Part shown: one piece after another, positions 1 to 14,300 of the stretch
How the letters are laid out: each line of letters opens with the position of its first letter
Position numbering within the stretch: the first letter of the stretch is position 1
NCBI GenBank assembly: GCA_003971905.1
Contig: RSEE01000050.1
Coordinates: 124,001-188,000 of the forward strand
Source: Moniliella sp. 'wahieum'
Taxonomy: Eukaryota
Length of the DNA stretch: 64,000 bases
Direction: 5' to 3'
Made by a program: the position numbers and the translations under genes
Notes under the pieces: model-generated
The model's database searches: none
What the model was told of the DNA's origin: nothing
The model's input: only the letters and a program-made list of their open reading frames with translations

Positions 1-3000
1 TCGCCTTGTCGATGTGGACCCACAGCAGCGATACATGAAGTTTGACAAGATCAACTGGGAGCGTGTCTTCTTCAAGAATTACCGTGAGTCCCGCTCTTGG
101 GGACACCTTGTCGTCAACTTCAACCGCATTTGGATCTTCCACTTGTCGGCCTTTTGGTATTACACAGCGTACGTTTCATTTTATCTTCCATTCTCGTCCC
201 CTGTTCCGTGTGTTGCCATCTAACCAACCTCACACCTTCCGTTAGAGCAAACGCACCCCGGATCTACACCGCTGATAATACACCCACACTTCCTCAAAAA
301 TTGACGTTTGCGGGACTGGGTGGGGCAGTGTCGGTGATGCTGATGCTGCTTGCGACCTTTTTGAGTGGGAGTATGTGGGAGGAAACAATCACAACAATGC
401 TCACCTTCTCTCCCGGACATTATTTTTGCTCGTCTGCCTTGCGCTTACAGTCGCCCCCGCGGTGTATGTCCTCGGCTTTTCTCACAAAGGGACGGTACCG
501 ACCATCATTGGGTTGGTTCACATTGCTGTGGCAGGCACAATCACCGTCTTTCTCTCGATCGTGCCCAGTGGGCGTATGTTTGGCGATCGGGTACGTGGGA
601 AAGCCCGCAAGTATCTTGCTAGCCAAACGTTTACCGCTTCTTACCCCTCGCTACCTGCGGGCCAACGAGCAACAAGCATTGCGCTCTGGGTTCTCATCTT
701 TGGCTGCAAGTTGACCGAATCGTACTTTTTCCTCGCCCTCAATTTTAGCGAGTCCCTGTCGATCCTGGTGCGGATGCAGGTGCAAAACTGCCGGGACCGG
801 TACTTTGGCTCGGCATTGTGCAAAAACCAGCCCATCTTTACCCTGGCCATTATGATCCTCATGGACTGTGTCCTTTTCTTTCTCGATACTTTCCTATGGC
901 ATGTCGTCTGGAGCACCGTGTTTAGTGTTGCCCAGGCCTTCCGTGTGGGAATTCTGTTTGGACGCCCTGGAAGGAGATGTACCATCGCTTGCCTGGGCGA
1001 ATCTACACCAAACTGCTCTGTCACGCCGGGAAGGAAGCCGGGTACAAACCAAAGGTGCTTGTCTCCCAAATTTGGAATGCGGTCGTCATATCCTTATACC
1101 GCGAGCACTTGCTGAGCATCGAACATGTTCAGCACCTGCTCTACCGCCAAGTCCAATCCGACACGGGGCAGCTTCTCTTAAGTCCTCCCTCCTTTTTTTA
1201 CCCCAAAGCCGGACGCCCTCCAGAGTTCTTCCCAAAAGGATCGGAAGCGGATCGGCGGATCAGCTTTTTTGCTCAGTCATTATTGATTGACATGCCTCCT
1301 CCTATCCCTGTGGCAGCCATGCCTACTTTTACCGTGCTCACCCCCCTATTCGGAGAAGATTTTGCTGTCTTGCGGGAAATCATCCGAGTAGAGGACGAGA
1401 GCACCCACATCAGTCTCATTGATTATCTCAAGAAGCTGAATCCCCGGGAATGGGACAACTTTTGACGGACACCAAGCTCCTAGCGGAAGATGAGGACGAG
1501 GAGGTAGTTCATTCCACTCCCAACATGGGCGGCGGAGACAAGCACCGCAGCAAACGATTCAGCAAGAACAAGGTGGAAAACGAAGACGATCTGCCCTTCT
1601 ACATGGTGGGGTTCAAGTCGGCCAAGCCCGAGTACGTGCTTCGGACTCGGATCTGGGCCTCACTTCGTGCTCAGACGGTTTACCGCACGGTTTCGGGATT
1701 CATGAACTATACAAAGGCCATCAAGCTTCTTTATCGAGTCGAGAATCCCGACATTGTGGAGCAATACGCTTCGGATCCTGAGGCACTGGAACGGGAATTG
1801 GAACGCGTCAGCCGGCGCAAGTTCAAGTACGTGATCACCATGCAGCGCTACACCAAGTTCAACAAGGAGGAACGAGAAAACGCAGAGTTTCTCCTCCGCG
1901 CTTACCCCGATCTTCAGATTGCCTACTTGGAGGAGGAACCTGGTAAGGAAGGAGAGGAGGCACGCTGGTTCAGCTGCCTAATTGATGGGTACAGCCCGCA
2001 GCTCGAAAATGGAAAACGGAAGCCCAAGTTCAAGATCGAGCTCCCCGGAAATCCGATCCTGGGCGATGGAAATCCGACAATCAGAACCATGCAATTATCT
2101 TTCATCGTGGTGAGTACCTGCAAGGCATTGATGCCAACCAGGACAACTATCTCGAGGAGTGCCTTAAGATTCGTTCGGTGCTGGGCGAGTTCGAGTCGTT
2201 CAATGTCCCCAAAGTCGATCCATACGGAGTAAATCACCAAGAGCATGCCCAGGCTCCAGTCGCTTTCCTCGGAGCACGCGAGTACATCTACTCTGAAAAC
2301 ATTGGCATGTTGGGGGACAATGCGGCAGGAAAGGAACAGACGTTTGGTACCCTCACTGGTCGAGGCTTGGCCCATATCGGAGGAAAGCTTCACTATGGGC
2401 ATCCCGATTTCCTCAATGCCATCTTCATGACCACCCCTGGTGGCGTGTCCAAGGCCCAGAAAGGCCTGCACCTCAACGAGGACATCTACGCTGGTATGAC
2501 CGCATTCTCGCGCGGGGGCAGGATCAAGCACTGTGAGTACTACCAATGCGGAAAAGGGCGTGATTTGGGTTTTGGTACCATCCTCAACTTTACTACCAAG
2601 TTGGGAAATGGGATGGGGAGCAACTCCTCTCGCGCGAGTACTACTATATGGGAACCCAATTGCCCATGGACCGTTTCCTCACGTTTTACTATGGTCACCC
2701 CGGCTTTACGCTCAACAACTGTATGGTTATCTTCAGCATGCAACAACTTCTCATCCTCTCTCTCGTCTTTTTGGGAACGCTTAACAGCACGATTGATGTG
2801 TGTCAAATCAACTCGCGACAACAGGTTATAGGAGCGATCGGTGCTACTATCTTGAGCCTGTTTTTGCCTGGGTCAAACGCACCATCATCTCCATCTTCCT
2901 GGTCTTTGCCATTGCCTTTCTGCCTTTGTTATGACGGAGCTGTGCGAGCGTGGGGCCTTATCCGCAATCCTCCGTATATCCAAGCAGGTCATCTCTCTCT

Positions 3001-4401
3001 CGCCCTTGTTTGAGGTGTTCACTACTCAAATCTATTCCAACTCCCTGATCTCGAACTTGACCTTTGGTGGGGCACGGTACATTGCCACTGGTCGTGGGTT
3101 CGCCACAAGCCGACAGAGCTTCAGCTTGCTCTTCTCCCGTTTTGCCGGGCCATCCATCTACACTGGGGCTCGGCTCACCTTGCTGTTGGTGTACGTGACG
3201 CTAACTGTTTGGATGTGGCACTTGATCTAGTATGTCCCCTTTCTTCCTCTTCCTCTCCATCTCCTTTCTCTCTTCGTTTTTTGTGCACCTCAGGAATATT
3301 GACACGCCAGTTTCTTTCCCGCCCCAATAGTTTCTGGATTAGTATTACGGCCCTGTTGCTGGCCCCTTACGTGTTCAACCCGCACCAGTTCTCCATGTGG
3401 GACTTCTTTATCGACTATCGCGAGTTCCTCCGCTGGATGAGTCGTGGCAACAGCCGTGCCCACGCCAACATTGGGTAGGCTACTGTCGTCTGAGCCGAAC
3501 CAAAGTGACGGGATACAAGAAAACGCAGTTTGGGCGCGTCGGGGGACAAGTTTGTCAGGCGACCTTCCGCGCGCGGGTGGCGAACCATCTTGTTTGCCGA
3601 ATGTCTGTTCCCGATTGGGACGGCAGTGGTGTTTACAATTGCGTATGTATACGTCAAGTCCTTCCCTACCAAGTACCCCCCCGCCCATGGTGCGATTGTT
3701 CGGGTTGCTTTTCTTGCCGCCGCACCGATTGGGTGGAACGCTGTGGTGCTCATCACAGGTTTTCTTATCAGCATCGTGGTGGGTCCGATGCTGAGCAAGT
3801 GGACCAAGTTCCCCTCGATCATCGCCTCGGTCGCTCACTTTCTCTCCATCTTGGGCTTGGTGGGAATTGTGGAGTTTTGGTGGTTGCTAGAGATGTGGGA
3901 TGCCTCGCACGCGGTGCTGGGACTGATTGCAATGATTGCAATCCAGCGCGCGCTGTTCAAGCTTCTCATTGCCCTCTTCTTGACACGAGAGATGCATGTG
4001 GACGAGACAAACCGTGCGTGGTGGTCGGGGCGGTGGTATGGGCGCGGCCTGGGCTGGCACGCATGGAGCCAGCCGCTACGCGATTTGTGGTCAAGATCAC
4101 CGAGATGGGCGCCTACTCTTGTGACTTTTTGTTGTGCCACCTCATCCTCTTCACCCTCGCGCTGCCCATGCTCTTGCCCTATGTCAACACGCTCCATTCC
4201 ATCGCCCTCTTCTGGCTGCACCCGGGACACCAAATTCACCACCGATCCCTTCTCCCGCACCCAGGAGAAGCAACGCCGCTCGGTTGTTGTCCGGTACGGT
4301 GCACTGTTCCTTCGGGCACTCTCTTAGTGGCGTTGCTCGTCGTGCCGCCTGTGCTGAGCTCCAAGCTGCATGTCAACTTTGACTTTACCAAGTACATTTA
4401 A
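1..4401 (+). CDS. FKS1: 1,3-beta-glucan synthase catalytic subunit (5' part lies before the window; multiple apparent indel errors; introns 169-245 and 3230-3330)
   Basis: Consecutive ORF fragments carry FKS motifs: [106 protein letters not shown]. Removing the GTATGT...AATAG intron at 3230-3330 restores LIYFWI. Confidence 0.97.
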
Positions 4402-5025
4402 CCCTCCGCACCCCCACTCTCACCCTCGCCTCGCCTCCTGCCAACCACCAAAGGCTCATCTGCCCCGTTTATCCTCCTGCCTTGTACCTTATACCACCCC
4501 CTAGCTATTTTTTGTCCACCCTTTTTTTTTTACTCGCATCCTCTCTACACCCTATAGGCCCTGCAATCACACAAGAATGCCACACAGACACTTATTTACT
4601 CATGCATGCGACCCCATTCCCTTACCTCTTTTGATCTACGTGGAGGGAGTGGACAGGGGGGCAACACAGAATAAAAGGATACTACTACTAGAATGTACAA
4701 GTGCTCTCTCTCGTGTGCGTGCGATCGACGCGGCGGAAGGGGTCAGCTGGAAGGCCAAGGGGTGGTGAGTCCAGCACCAAAACATCCATTGGATATCAAC
4801 AGCAGAGTACAGCAACTAAGAGTAGCACAATACAACGCAACACGCAAGACAAGATGCAACAGAAAGGGGGGGTGTATGTACCCAACAGGTGGAGAGTACA
4901 CGGTCAATGTTATGTAGATGAGTAGAAACCCTGTATCGAGAAAAAAGGAGCCGTCGCGGTGTAATGGACGGGCTCACCAGGCCCACTTCTAGAGCGTTTG
5001 TCACAGCTAGGGGAGGTGAGGGGGG

Positions 5026-5666
5026 CTAGAGACGAATGTCGCCACGTAACTCGGCCGCGGCTTGTTGGACCTTATCGGTATCATGGAAAATCTTGCCGCG
5101 GTAGTAGAGCGCATTGGCTTTGACTTGCTCTTCAAATGACAACCCTTTCACGGGCGGAATGCCAAACCAAGGCGCCTCCTTGGCACTAGCAGGGATGATG
5201 GGATCGTTGACGACTAGTACTCAGCAGCGGCACAAGGACGAACGAGCAGTCAGCGCCACGTCCAGATCTATATAGCGGCACAAAACGGTACATGACCAAG
5301 GGAGGGGGAGGGTGACCTACCTGTTTCCGCTTGGCCCGCGTGAAGGGGCTTGATGATCCTGGTGCTGCCCGCCAATCCGGCGGAAGTGGCATCTCTTTCG
5401 GCCTCTTGCACCAGCTGCGCTTCGTCCCCACGATCGATTACTTGGGGGGGAGGGGCAGGTGGTCGTCGTGTAGGTCATTGTGGTGGTGCTGGGAGTGGGA
5501 AGAGGAGGCAGAAGGGGCAGACGCGGCAGACGCGGAGGTTGTGGTGCCGCCGTCCGGGTCGTGCTTGGTTCGAGCGTGCCGGTGGGATGCTGGGCCATCG
5601 CGTAGGGAACGTCCGATGCGTGGAAGCCGAGGGCCCGGTCGTTTGTGGTGAGCCGGAAGAGGTCAT
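5026..5666 (-). CDS. Small hypothetical protein, two exons (intron 5186-5320); first-exon frame uncertain
   Basis: GTAGGT donor at 5320 and CTAG acceptor at 5186. The last exon reads cleanly as AKEAPWFGIPPVKGLSFEEQVKANALYYRGKIFHDTDKVQQAAAELRGDIRL*. A pyrimidine-rich leader precedes the ATG at 5666. Confidence 0.55.
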
Positions 5667-7023
5667 GGTGGTGATATGGGATAGGGATGGGACGGTGGTG
5701 TGTTTGGGTGGGGAAGGAAGGAGGAGGAAAGAGAAATGATGAAGCTAGGAAAACCGGGGCGGACGGGGGGGGGGGGGGTAGGTGCAGTCTGCGGCTCAAT
5801 GAGAGTTGCCCCAGTTATCCTGATGAATGAATGTTGTGAGCGCACCCACAGTACCTATGGGAGGGCCTGGGGCAGTGGCGGAAGGCGTGCCTGTGGCAAT
5901 GAACTGTGCACGGGCCCAACACCCGCTGAGAAGGCGCGATGGCTGGGAGTAGCCACAGTAGCTGTCTGTCACGGGAGGACCATCAATAGACCGAGGTCTG
6001 AAGATCTGAGAAGACCTGCGGATTCGACAAAAAGTCTTCTCATCTTAGTTTTCGGTGCGTGCCTGGGGAAAGGAGACACGCTGCAAGCGCAGTCTGATGA
6101 TGGTTGGGGGCATTTTAAGCTCACGTTGAGTAGGTGGGGAGACTACCCCGAACTGCTCGAGAGAAGGCTCTCCTCAAACGCTTCCAGATTCAATGGACAG
6201 TGGCACTACTCGTACTACTTGCCGTGCGCTGAGGCGAAGCACAGACCACACACTACTTGGTATAGTCGTCACTCGATAGTCCAGCTAGGCCGTCTCTGGT
6301 GGCCATACTCCGTCTCCGTCTGGCAGATGATCTGATCGGTCTGAGATCTAAGATCTGAGATCCAGAGAGAGACAGCGCACCTGGTCCGTGTCCTATTGTT
6401 GAAAGTTGTAACGCCACCGCCCGTCTTGCATCATGCATCATGCACATCATGCATCAGAACTTAGATTCATCAGCCACCGCGTTCTACAGATGACGTCATC
6501 TGAGCCTGCTATGTTCACAACAGGCTAATGCGGAACTGAGAACTGTGGAGCCTTCGGTTGCTGATGGCGCGCTAGGCCTCTGGCCGAAGAACAAGGCGAT
6601 ACATGCGGATGCATCAAATGACAGAAGACAGCTTTTCAGACTATGAGAGCAGCAACCGATAGGTTGGCACGTTCGGGTGCCAGACACTACTGTCTACAAG
6701 GCACCGCAAGCGTGCGAGGAGAGAAAACCACAATCTTAATACGATACGAGATACAAGTATCCACAGTAATACCACCACCATTTTTCTTGTTTTGTCCTCT
6801 CTGCAGTGGATGGGACGGGGAGGAAGGACTTAGGTATTAACATGGCGGGCCGAAGGCCCGGGAACAATCCGGGGCCAGCACAGGCCACAAGCCACAAATG
6901 GTTACTGGGCAATACGCAAGAGGACGGGAAGGAGGAGAGGGGCGTCAGTGTGGATGACGTTTTCGACTGAAAAAAGCGGGATGCGAGATGGGCAGGGAGG
7001 CATGGAAAGAGAGGGGGTGTGGT

Positions 7024-8346
7024 TCAATAGTTGTCATCGAACCGAGGATCATAGCGAACATCTTGGCGATCATAACGATCGTATCGAGCACTTTGGGCCT
7101 GCGCGTCCCGTGCGTCCCGCGCCTCGTACCGCGTGTACGCTGAGACGCGTGCATTGGTCTGCGACCGGACTGAATTGGTCCGGACGGGAACATAGGCTTG
7201 CGTCACACCGGGGGCGGGAATGACTTTGGAGGCGGAGGCGGAGGCGAAGCCGGTCTAGGAGTAGGGCTGGATAAGCAGTTTGGGCATAGGCAGTATCATA
7301 CGCCTCTCCACGTTGATAGCTCCCGTGGGAGGGCTTGCCGACCGAGTTGGTGGTCGGGTTGGAAAGGGAAGTAGAGCGTGTGGTAACGTGTCGTGCTTCG
7401 ACGTCCAGTCCGGATCGAGAGGGGTAGGCTCGTACTTCCTCCTTCGAAGACCATAGCAAGATCGGCCTGGTTCGCAAGCGGCCACAAGAAGAGAAAGATG
7501 CTGACAAGCGCACAACTAAACGCAGCCCAACTGAGCCAGACGGCATTTCCGTACTCAAGATCAAACAGCTTGTTAATCCGAGCGGATTTGAGTTCATCAC
7601 GAAGGATGCCCACCATCGCCGTCCAAATTGTCGCACCGATGCCGAGTAGCACAACAGTAACGAGGCCAACCAAGGAAGAGAGAAAAGAGCAAACGCTCCC
7701 CGTTGAGCAAACTCAGGAGCCAGGACACGCCAGCCAAGATGGTGCTAATGAAGAAAAGATAAAAAGTAGCGCGAGAAAGGTTGGCAAGCCAGGTTGAATT
7801 GGTAAATTTGGTTAGCTTTCCCGGATTGGTGACATTGGATGAGCCTTCATTCGAAAAGATATGGGCCAAGGGGTACTCAAGCTGTCGTTTGATCCATCAT
7901 CGGCACCCAGCGTCTGCGCTGGCTCGAGCGGGTGGCCAAACTCGTTGGAAGAACAAGACCGGTTGGAGCTACCAGGACCTGCATCGCTCCCGCAGACGCT
8001 GTACATTCCCCACCAATAGTTATACCGTATTCCGTTGCCGGCGAGGAGCGCGGAAGACTGATTGGAGGCAAAAATTTGTCGCACCTCGCTGGAATCTCCA
8101 AGGCTGGTAGCAAACCCAGTAAGATTGAGGTGAGCGAGGTAGATATGACGCTCGACTGGGCCGGTGCCGATCTGACCAACATTGACAAAGATCATGAGCA
8201 CCATGGCGGCGCACATGAGGAAAGAGCCTGCGACGAGATAGGTCCATACGATGAGAGAGGAGGGGGAGAGAGGTTAGCGCCTGTTGTCTGTTCAATGTGG
8301 GCCCACAGAGATACGCACCCAGCCCGCAACAGACACCTCGCGGCAT
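7024..8346 (-). CDS. SUR7/PalI-family multi-pass membrane protein with low-complexity C-terminal tail (probable short first intron; frameshifts)
   Basis: N-terminal TM segment (CAAMVLMIFVNVG), claudin-like YNYWWGMYSVCG...C loop motif, three further TM helices and YGNAVWLSWAAF, followed by a Pro/Arg/Asp/Tyr-rich tail. Confidence 0.8.
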
Positions 8347-9843
8347 TGTGGAGGTGTGGAGGTGAATGAGTACTGAGTAATGATGGCAGTGTAACTGACT
8401 CCCGTCGAATCTTCTTCTTTGGGAAAGGCAGAGTAGCAGATTCAGGGGCCTCAGGCCTCAGACAGAGACCATGTCGCAGTCCAAGTAGAATCCACCAGAT
8501 AGCTTCACAGAATCGGAAAACCGCGTGAATGTTTCAACAGGTTGATTTCTACCCCAGATCTGGTCAGAGTGGGGGTATTTTCACACACATGTGACACGCG
8601 ACGTCACACACAAGGTATCATATCATGCATCATGCACATGCATCAACGCCACTGGAGAGGCACGCCTGCCGGTTGCTGGGTGCTGTGGCTGCTCCGCTGT
8701 GCGTCTATCAGGTCTACCTGGTCTACCCCAGTGCTACCCCAGTTTCTATAACAAGCTGAGGCCCCCGACGCAGACACCGGTTTATGTATTCAGGGCGATC
8801 CCATATCCCCCCGCTTGTTCGCACGCGCTGCGGCCAACCACATCATGGCATTCGCCTACGGCCTGCTTGTTCGGCATCAGTGAGTCAAACTCGCCAATGC
8901 CGTCTCGTATATGATGGTCTCGGCGATGCCCACGCCCGCATCGTCCTGGGGCCTTCGCAGCTTCCGCAGGTGCGCTGCGAATACATACCTGGCTCTGGAG
9001 ATGGTGGCGCGCATACCGGCTTCCCACCGCACAGCCCACCTTAGATCCGCGGCAGTGGACCATTGTGCGCAGTATCACATTCAATTTGGCCTGCGTGCAT
9101 GCAGCATGCAGCATGCAGCATGGAGGACCCTGGGTTGGGGTACACTGTCCCCATGCTGCCGCCCCTTGCGCCCACTGCCCCAAGAGCCTCTTCAGTCGCT
9201 CAGGTGCAGCGCCTCGCTGAGCCTCAGGGAGCATCATGCATCCAACGCCGTGCATCACCGGTCAGCTCGTGTTTGGCGCTGACGGCTGACGTCCGTGCGC
9301 CCGCCACCGCCTCGTATACTGGCGTGTTGCATGGCAGGCCGGCCCGCGGCCACCGCTATCGCCGGCGGTCGACAGGAGAGCCGACTGGGTGCAGTGGCTA
9401 GTGGACTATGGAGCACCAGCCCCCCGGCGCCCCATCTGCTGAGCGCCTCACAGCGCCCAGTCTCATCATCGTCAGCGTCAGCGTCATTACCAGCATCAAA
9501 ACGTCCTGCACGCCCTCACTTAAAACACAGTAGCCCCACAGGCAGTCAGCGCAGAAGGCCAGCGGGCCCCAGCAATTCATTCCTCAACTGCACATATGCA
9601 TCCTGAATCATTCCCTCTTGCCACCTCGGCTTTCTCTGTTGCCCCCCGTGCTGCCTGAAACAGCAAGACATCCTGCGCCCAGCCGCTCTTTGGCCGCAAA
9701 TGGGTCCCGCCATGAATTCGTCCCTGATTGCTCGGCCCCTCACTGTAGCCTTATAGGCCTTAGGCCTCGCCCTGTTTATCCTCGTCCTTGTCTTCCCACC
9801 TGAACCTCACCCCCCGCCTCACCCCCTCCACCACCACTATCAT

Positions 9844-11534
9844 ATGAGCCAGCAGTCCCCACTCCCTGGCAACGGCAAGCTCGCATCCGAGGTCGTCATT
9901 GTCGTGCTCGGCGCCTCGGGCGATCTGGCGCGCAAAAAAACATTCCCGGCCCTGTTCAATCTGTACCGCCTGGGCCTGCTTCCTGCCAACACGAGCATCA
10001 TTGGTTACGCTCGCACCCGGCTTGACCAGAAAGCCTTTCACGACCGCATTTCCAGCTGTTTCACTAACGTCGGTTCTCCCCAGGGGCAAAAGGCCGCCCA
10101 AGCCTTCCTCGAACTCACGAGCTACACTCCCGGCTCGTACGATGACGATGCGGCATTTCAAGTGCTGGAACAGCAGATTCGTGCCATTGAGACCGAGCGT
10201 GGCGTGAGCCAAGGAGGTTCTCATCGTCTCTTCTACATGGCTCTTCCACCTAGCGTGTTCATCAAGGTGGCAAGCCACCTCAAACACAACAACTATTCTC
10301 CTACTGGCTCCAACCACATCATCCTCGAAAAGCCATTTGGAAAAGACCTCGAGTCCTGCCAGGCAATGCTGGGCGCACTCAAGCCGCTCTGGAGAGAGGA
10401 CGAAACATTTCGTACGTATTTTGGGTGCACTTCGTTGGTGATGGTCTCGTTCCTGCATTTTCCCTCCTTCCGCCTACCCTACCATGAACTGACCAGCGCC
10501 ACACCTCTCTCCTATATCAGGTATTGACCACTACCTGGGTAAGGAGATGGTCAAGAACCTGATGACTGTTCGCTTTGCCAATCCCGTCATCGAGGCGACC
10601 CTCAACAACAAGTATGTTTCCAACGTACAGATCACGTTCAAAGAGCCCTTTGGCACCGATGGTCGGGGTGGGTACTTTGATGAGTTTGGTATCATCCGCG
10701 ACATTCAACAAAACCACCTCTCTCAAGTCTTATCGCTCTTTGCCATGGAACAACCCAGCTCGCTTAGCGCCAAGGCGATTCGGGACGCCAAAGTTGCCGT
10801 TCTGCACGACATTCCGCCCGTCACACAGCAAGACGCGCTGCTGGGGCAGTACGTGGCGGCACAGGGCAAACCTGGGTACCTAGATGACGCCACCGTGCCA
10901 GACAACAGCAATTGCCCTACGTTTGCAGCGGTGGCATTGTGGGTGAACAATGCACGGTGGCAAGGAGTTCCGTTTATCCTCAAGGCGGGCAAAGCACTGA
11001 ACGAGGCCAAGGTGGAGATCCGTGTGCAGTACAAGGACCCCGACAGCAACCTCTTCTCTGGCCCCCAAGCGGAGGAGCTGATGCGCAATGAGCTTGTCCT
11101 CCGGATCCAGCCAGGCGAAGCCGTATATGTCAAGGTGAACGCCAAATCCCCAGGACTGACGTATGACCTGGTCAACGCCGAGCTGAACTTGACGTACAAG
11201 GACCGTTTTAGCTGGTGTGCGCATCCCCGAGGCGTACGAAACCTTGCTTTACGATGCGTTGGCAGGAGATCACAGCAACTTTGTTAGGGACGACGAACTA
11301 GAGGCCAGTTGGTCCATCTTTACCCCGCTTCTTCATGCCATTGATCGGGGTGAGATCAAGCCAGAACCATACGCGTACGGGTCAAGAGGACCCAAGGCAC
11401 TCAACGACTGGATCGCCAAGTACGGTTTCAAATACGAAAATCAAAACTACGATTGGCCTACAACCGACGTTCGTCGCCGCCGCACCTCCTCCCTGGCTGC
11501 CAACCACTTACCTGCGCATTGGGCGCCCTTGTAA
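9844..11534 (+). CDS. ZWF1: Glucose-6-phosphate 1-dehydrogenase (intron 10412-10520; one frameshift near 11215)
   Basis: GASGDLARKKTFPALF, EKPFGKDL, spliced RIDHYLGKE, GRGGYFDEFGIIRD, PEAYETL, FVRDDEL. Confidence 0.98.
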
Positions 11535-12779
11535 TTCTCGTTTTGTGCTACACGATGTGCTCATGTTGACCATGCGTAGGAACCCCTTGTGGGCCACCCT
11601 TTTAGCCGTATAGCGAAAGCATCCCCACCGGGTGGTGGGCACCATCTTTGGCGAGCACTAGAGCGAGAAGTGGATCTTCCATTGGTATAGCAGTCCGCCT
11701 ACAAGAAGGACGCGCCACGGAATTGGAGAGGGACCAAATTGTGCGTCTTCTTGGAAACGACACACACCCTTTCGTCCTTTCCCAACCCATGACCAGGGGA
11801 CTTGAACGGATGAGTCCCTTCTGTAGTGATGATAGAATGCTATACCTGGATGAAATGGCCCGGAAAAGAGTGACTGCCAGGAATCGGAACCAAACCCTCC
11901 ATGCAGTGGCTTCGCCTCTTGGCCAGAGAGGCGGAACCGCACTACACTGTTGAGAGCCGGGATAGGAGCAACAGCCCTGGTGTATCACTCTGGCACTGTA
12001 CTTTCGAACAGTCCCCGCAACGACATCCTTGACTGGACGTAGGCTCTATAGTAGGCCGGTTTAGCACGGAAAAGTCCTCAACCAGGCTGGCAGGACGCGG
12101 GCGGGACCAGGTTGCCAGTCTCGCTCGTGAATACATCGGAGCATGTCAGTCGGAAAGGACAACCGATGTGTGGGATTGGGCCATCTACCGCATGCATCGC
12201 ACGGAGAGAAGAGTGTGTTCGACACAAGCGGTGGATCAATGACTAGCTCATGACTATCGATTAGACCGATCATCGATCATCGATCATCGCTTATCGAGCG
12301 ATCCCTGATGTGGGATTAGTCATGTATCACGCGCCACGCATCCTGTGTGTAGCAAAGGGGGCAAGTGTGGGGCGTATGAGACGCGGCGCCCTTCAGTTGT
12401 GTGTGGGGTAGTTCTTATTAACTACTGGGAGTAGTATTGAGCTCAGGTGCAGGCACCGAGACAGTGTTACGCCGTGCGTAGCCGCTGGCAGATGTCAAAA
12501 GTCCAAGTTCAGGCTGGCACATGTCCCGTCGCCCACTGGCTGAAAGAGCTAGGAAGGGCCTCCGGAGCAATGCCGAAGCGGGATCGATTGGGGAGACATG
12601 AGAGGGAAAAGCGAACGTAGAAAAATGTCCCCAAAGGCGCAGGCAGCCGGCGCGAGGCTAATCTCCACGTCACAGGTCACACCAGACTGCAAGAGCCGCT
12701 GGGCAAAACGCTCACCACATGGCCACAGGCCGAGTGTCCCACCGCATCTCTTGCCTCCCCACCACCACCAACGGAAACA

Positions 12780-14300
12780 ATGTCCGCCAATCCGCCGGGG
12801 TCGCTTTCACCAGTCCCGGACTATGTCTTCCAGGCGGTGGAGGCGAAGCAACCGCCACGCCATCTGCTCACCTTCCTCGTGCGCCTTGTGGTCCTCTACC
12901 TCCTCTTCCTCATCACGATGCCATTTCTGCTGCCCGTGACCTTGATTTCCAATGCAGTCCCCTCGCTGCGCGCCACAAGGAGTTTTCTTACAAGACAGCT
13001 GTTCTAACTGCGCTCCTCCGCCATCTGATGCCCTACTTCCTCGTGAGCCGCTTCTTCCCGCTACCCTACGAGGAAGATGAAGGGTGGACGTCGACCTTGT
13101 TGGGTGCCTGGTTCGAGCCTTTCTTCCGCCTGATTACGTTGGGAAGTGTCGGTTGGCCACTATGGAGTACTTCGTGGGGCCTGATTCCCGTCGCGCGAAG
13201 GGATCGGGTATGGGTCGAACCGCCCCCGTTAGAATGGATGCGGGGCTTCCTGACCGTTCGGGATCCTACACGACCGGCAGAAGAGCAATGGGTCACTTCG
13301 CCCTTGTACTCGGGCCCGCCGTTGGTTCGGCCAGCCTTTGCCCGGCGCAAGGTGGCGTGCTATTGGTACTTGTCTCGTTCCACCACCCTTCCGCCCAATC
13401 CAGGCCCGGCAGTGATGCTCTATGCGCACGGGGGCGCAGGGTTGTTATTCGCCGCTGGAGATCCGTTTATGGGGTGGACGCTAGGGCGGACATTGGCGCA
13501 AGAGGCTGGGATTGATGTTTTTTCGGTGGACTATGATGTGGCGCCGTTTGCTACCCACCCAACGGCGGTTGTGCAGTTGTTTGCAGCGTACCTCTACCTC
13601 TTGCGGGTAGGCTACCACCCGTCCCAGATCTTTTTAGGGGGCGATAGCTTTGGTGGTCTCCTAATCCTCCACCTCCATCGCTACTTGACTGACGTTTGGC
13701 CCCACCTCAACGTCCCTTCCAGCTCCTCCTACCTTGCTCTGGACCCGAAGGCCTCAAAGGCAGCAATCGACGCCAAGGCCGAATCAGACCGGCGCCTGCT
13801 TAGCTCTAACCCACACGTGAACGTGCCAGGCATCTTGCTCCTCAGCCCATGTCTCCACATTGGGGATACCGGCGTCCTTTCCCGTCCCGCCGACCGCGAC
13901 GCACGACTACTTGGTTGCTAGTGTCATGCGGATGGGGGACGAGAGTGTTCGCAAAACGATTCCGGTCGAGGTGGGGAGCAGTGCTTGGGTCTCCCCGCTG
14001 CTGCTTCCGGAGAAGGAGGTGGCGCGGTTACCGCCCTTGTGGATTGGCAATGGTGGGGTGGAGCAGTTGTTGGATGAGGGACTGAGCTTAGCAGACAAGG
14101 TCAGGTCAGTCAAAGGCTCGGTCGAGCATCATCTCGCTCCTGGTATGCCGCATGATTTTTACTCCTTCCCTACCGAGCGAAGCATGGCCGTGCGCCACTA
14201 CCGCTTGATCCATGCTTGGCTAAACAAGTGCTCGGCAGCTGCCAAAAGCTCCGCCGAAACAGCAGCTTCCAGACATTTACCAGGATCTGTTAATGCTTGA
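12780..14300 (+). CDS. Alpha/beta-hydrolase of the hormone-sensitive-lipase-like family with an N-terminal membrane segment (frameshifted)
   Basis: LYAHGGAG oxyanion motif, SVDYDVAP, nucleophile elbow GDSFGG, LLLSP, and a C-terminal GGVEQLLDE / GMPHDF region containing the catalytic His. Confidence 0.88.

Noticed and set aside
11602..12273. ORFs downstream of G6PD on both strands
   Set aside because: No recognisable motif or consistent coding signal. A small gene cannot be excluded but is not supportable.
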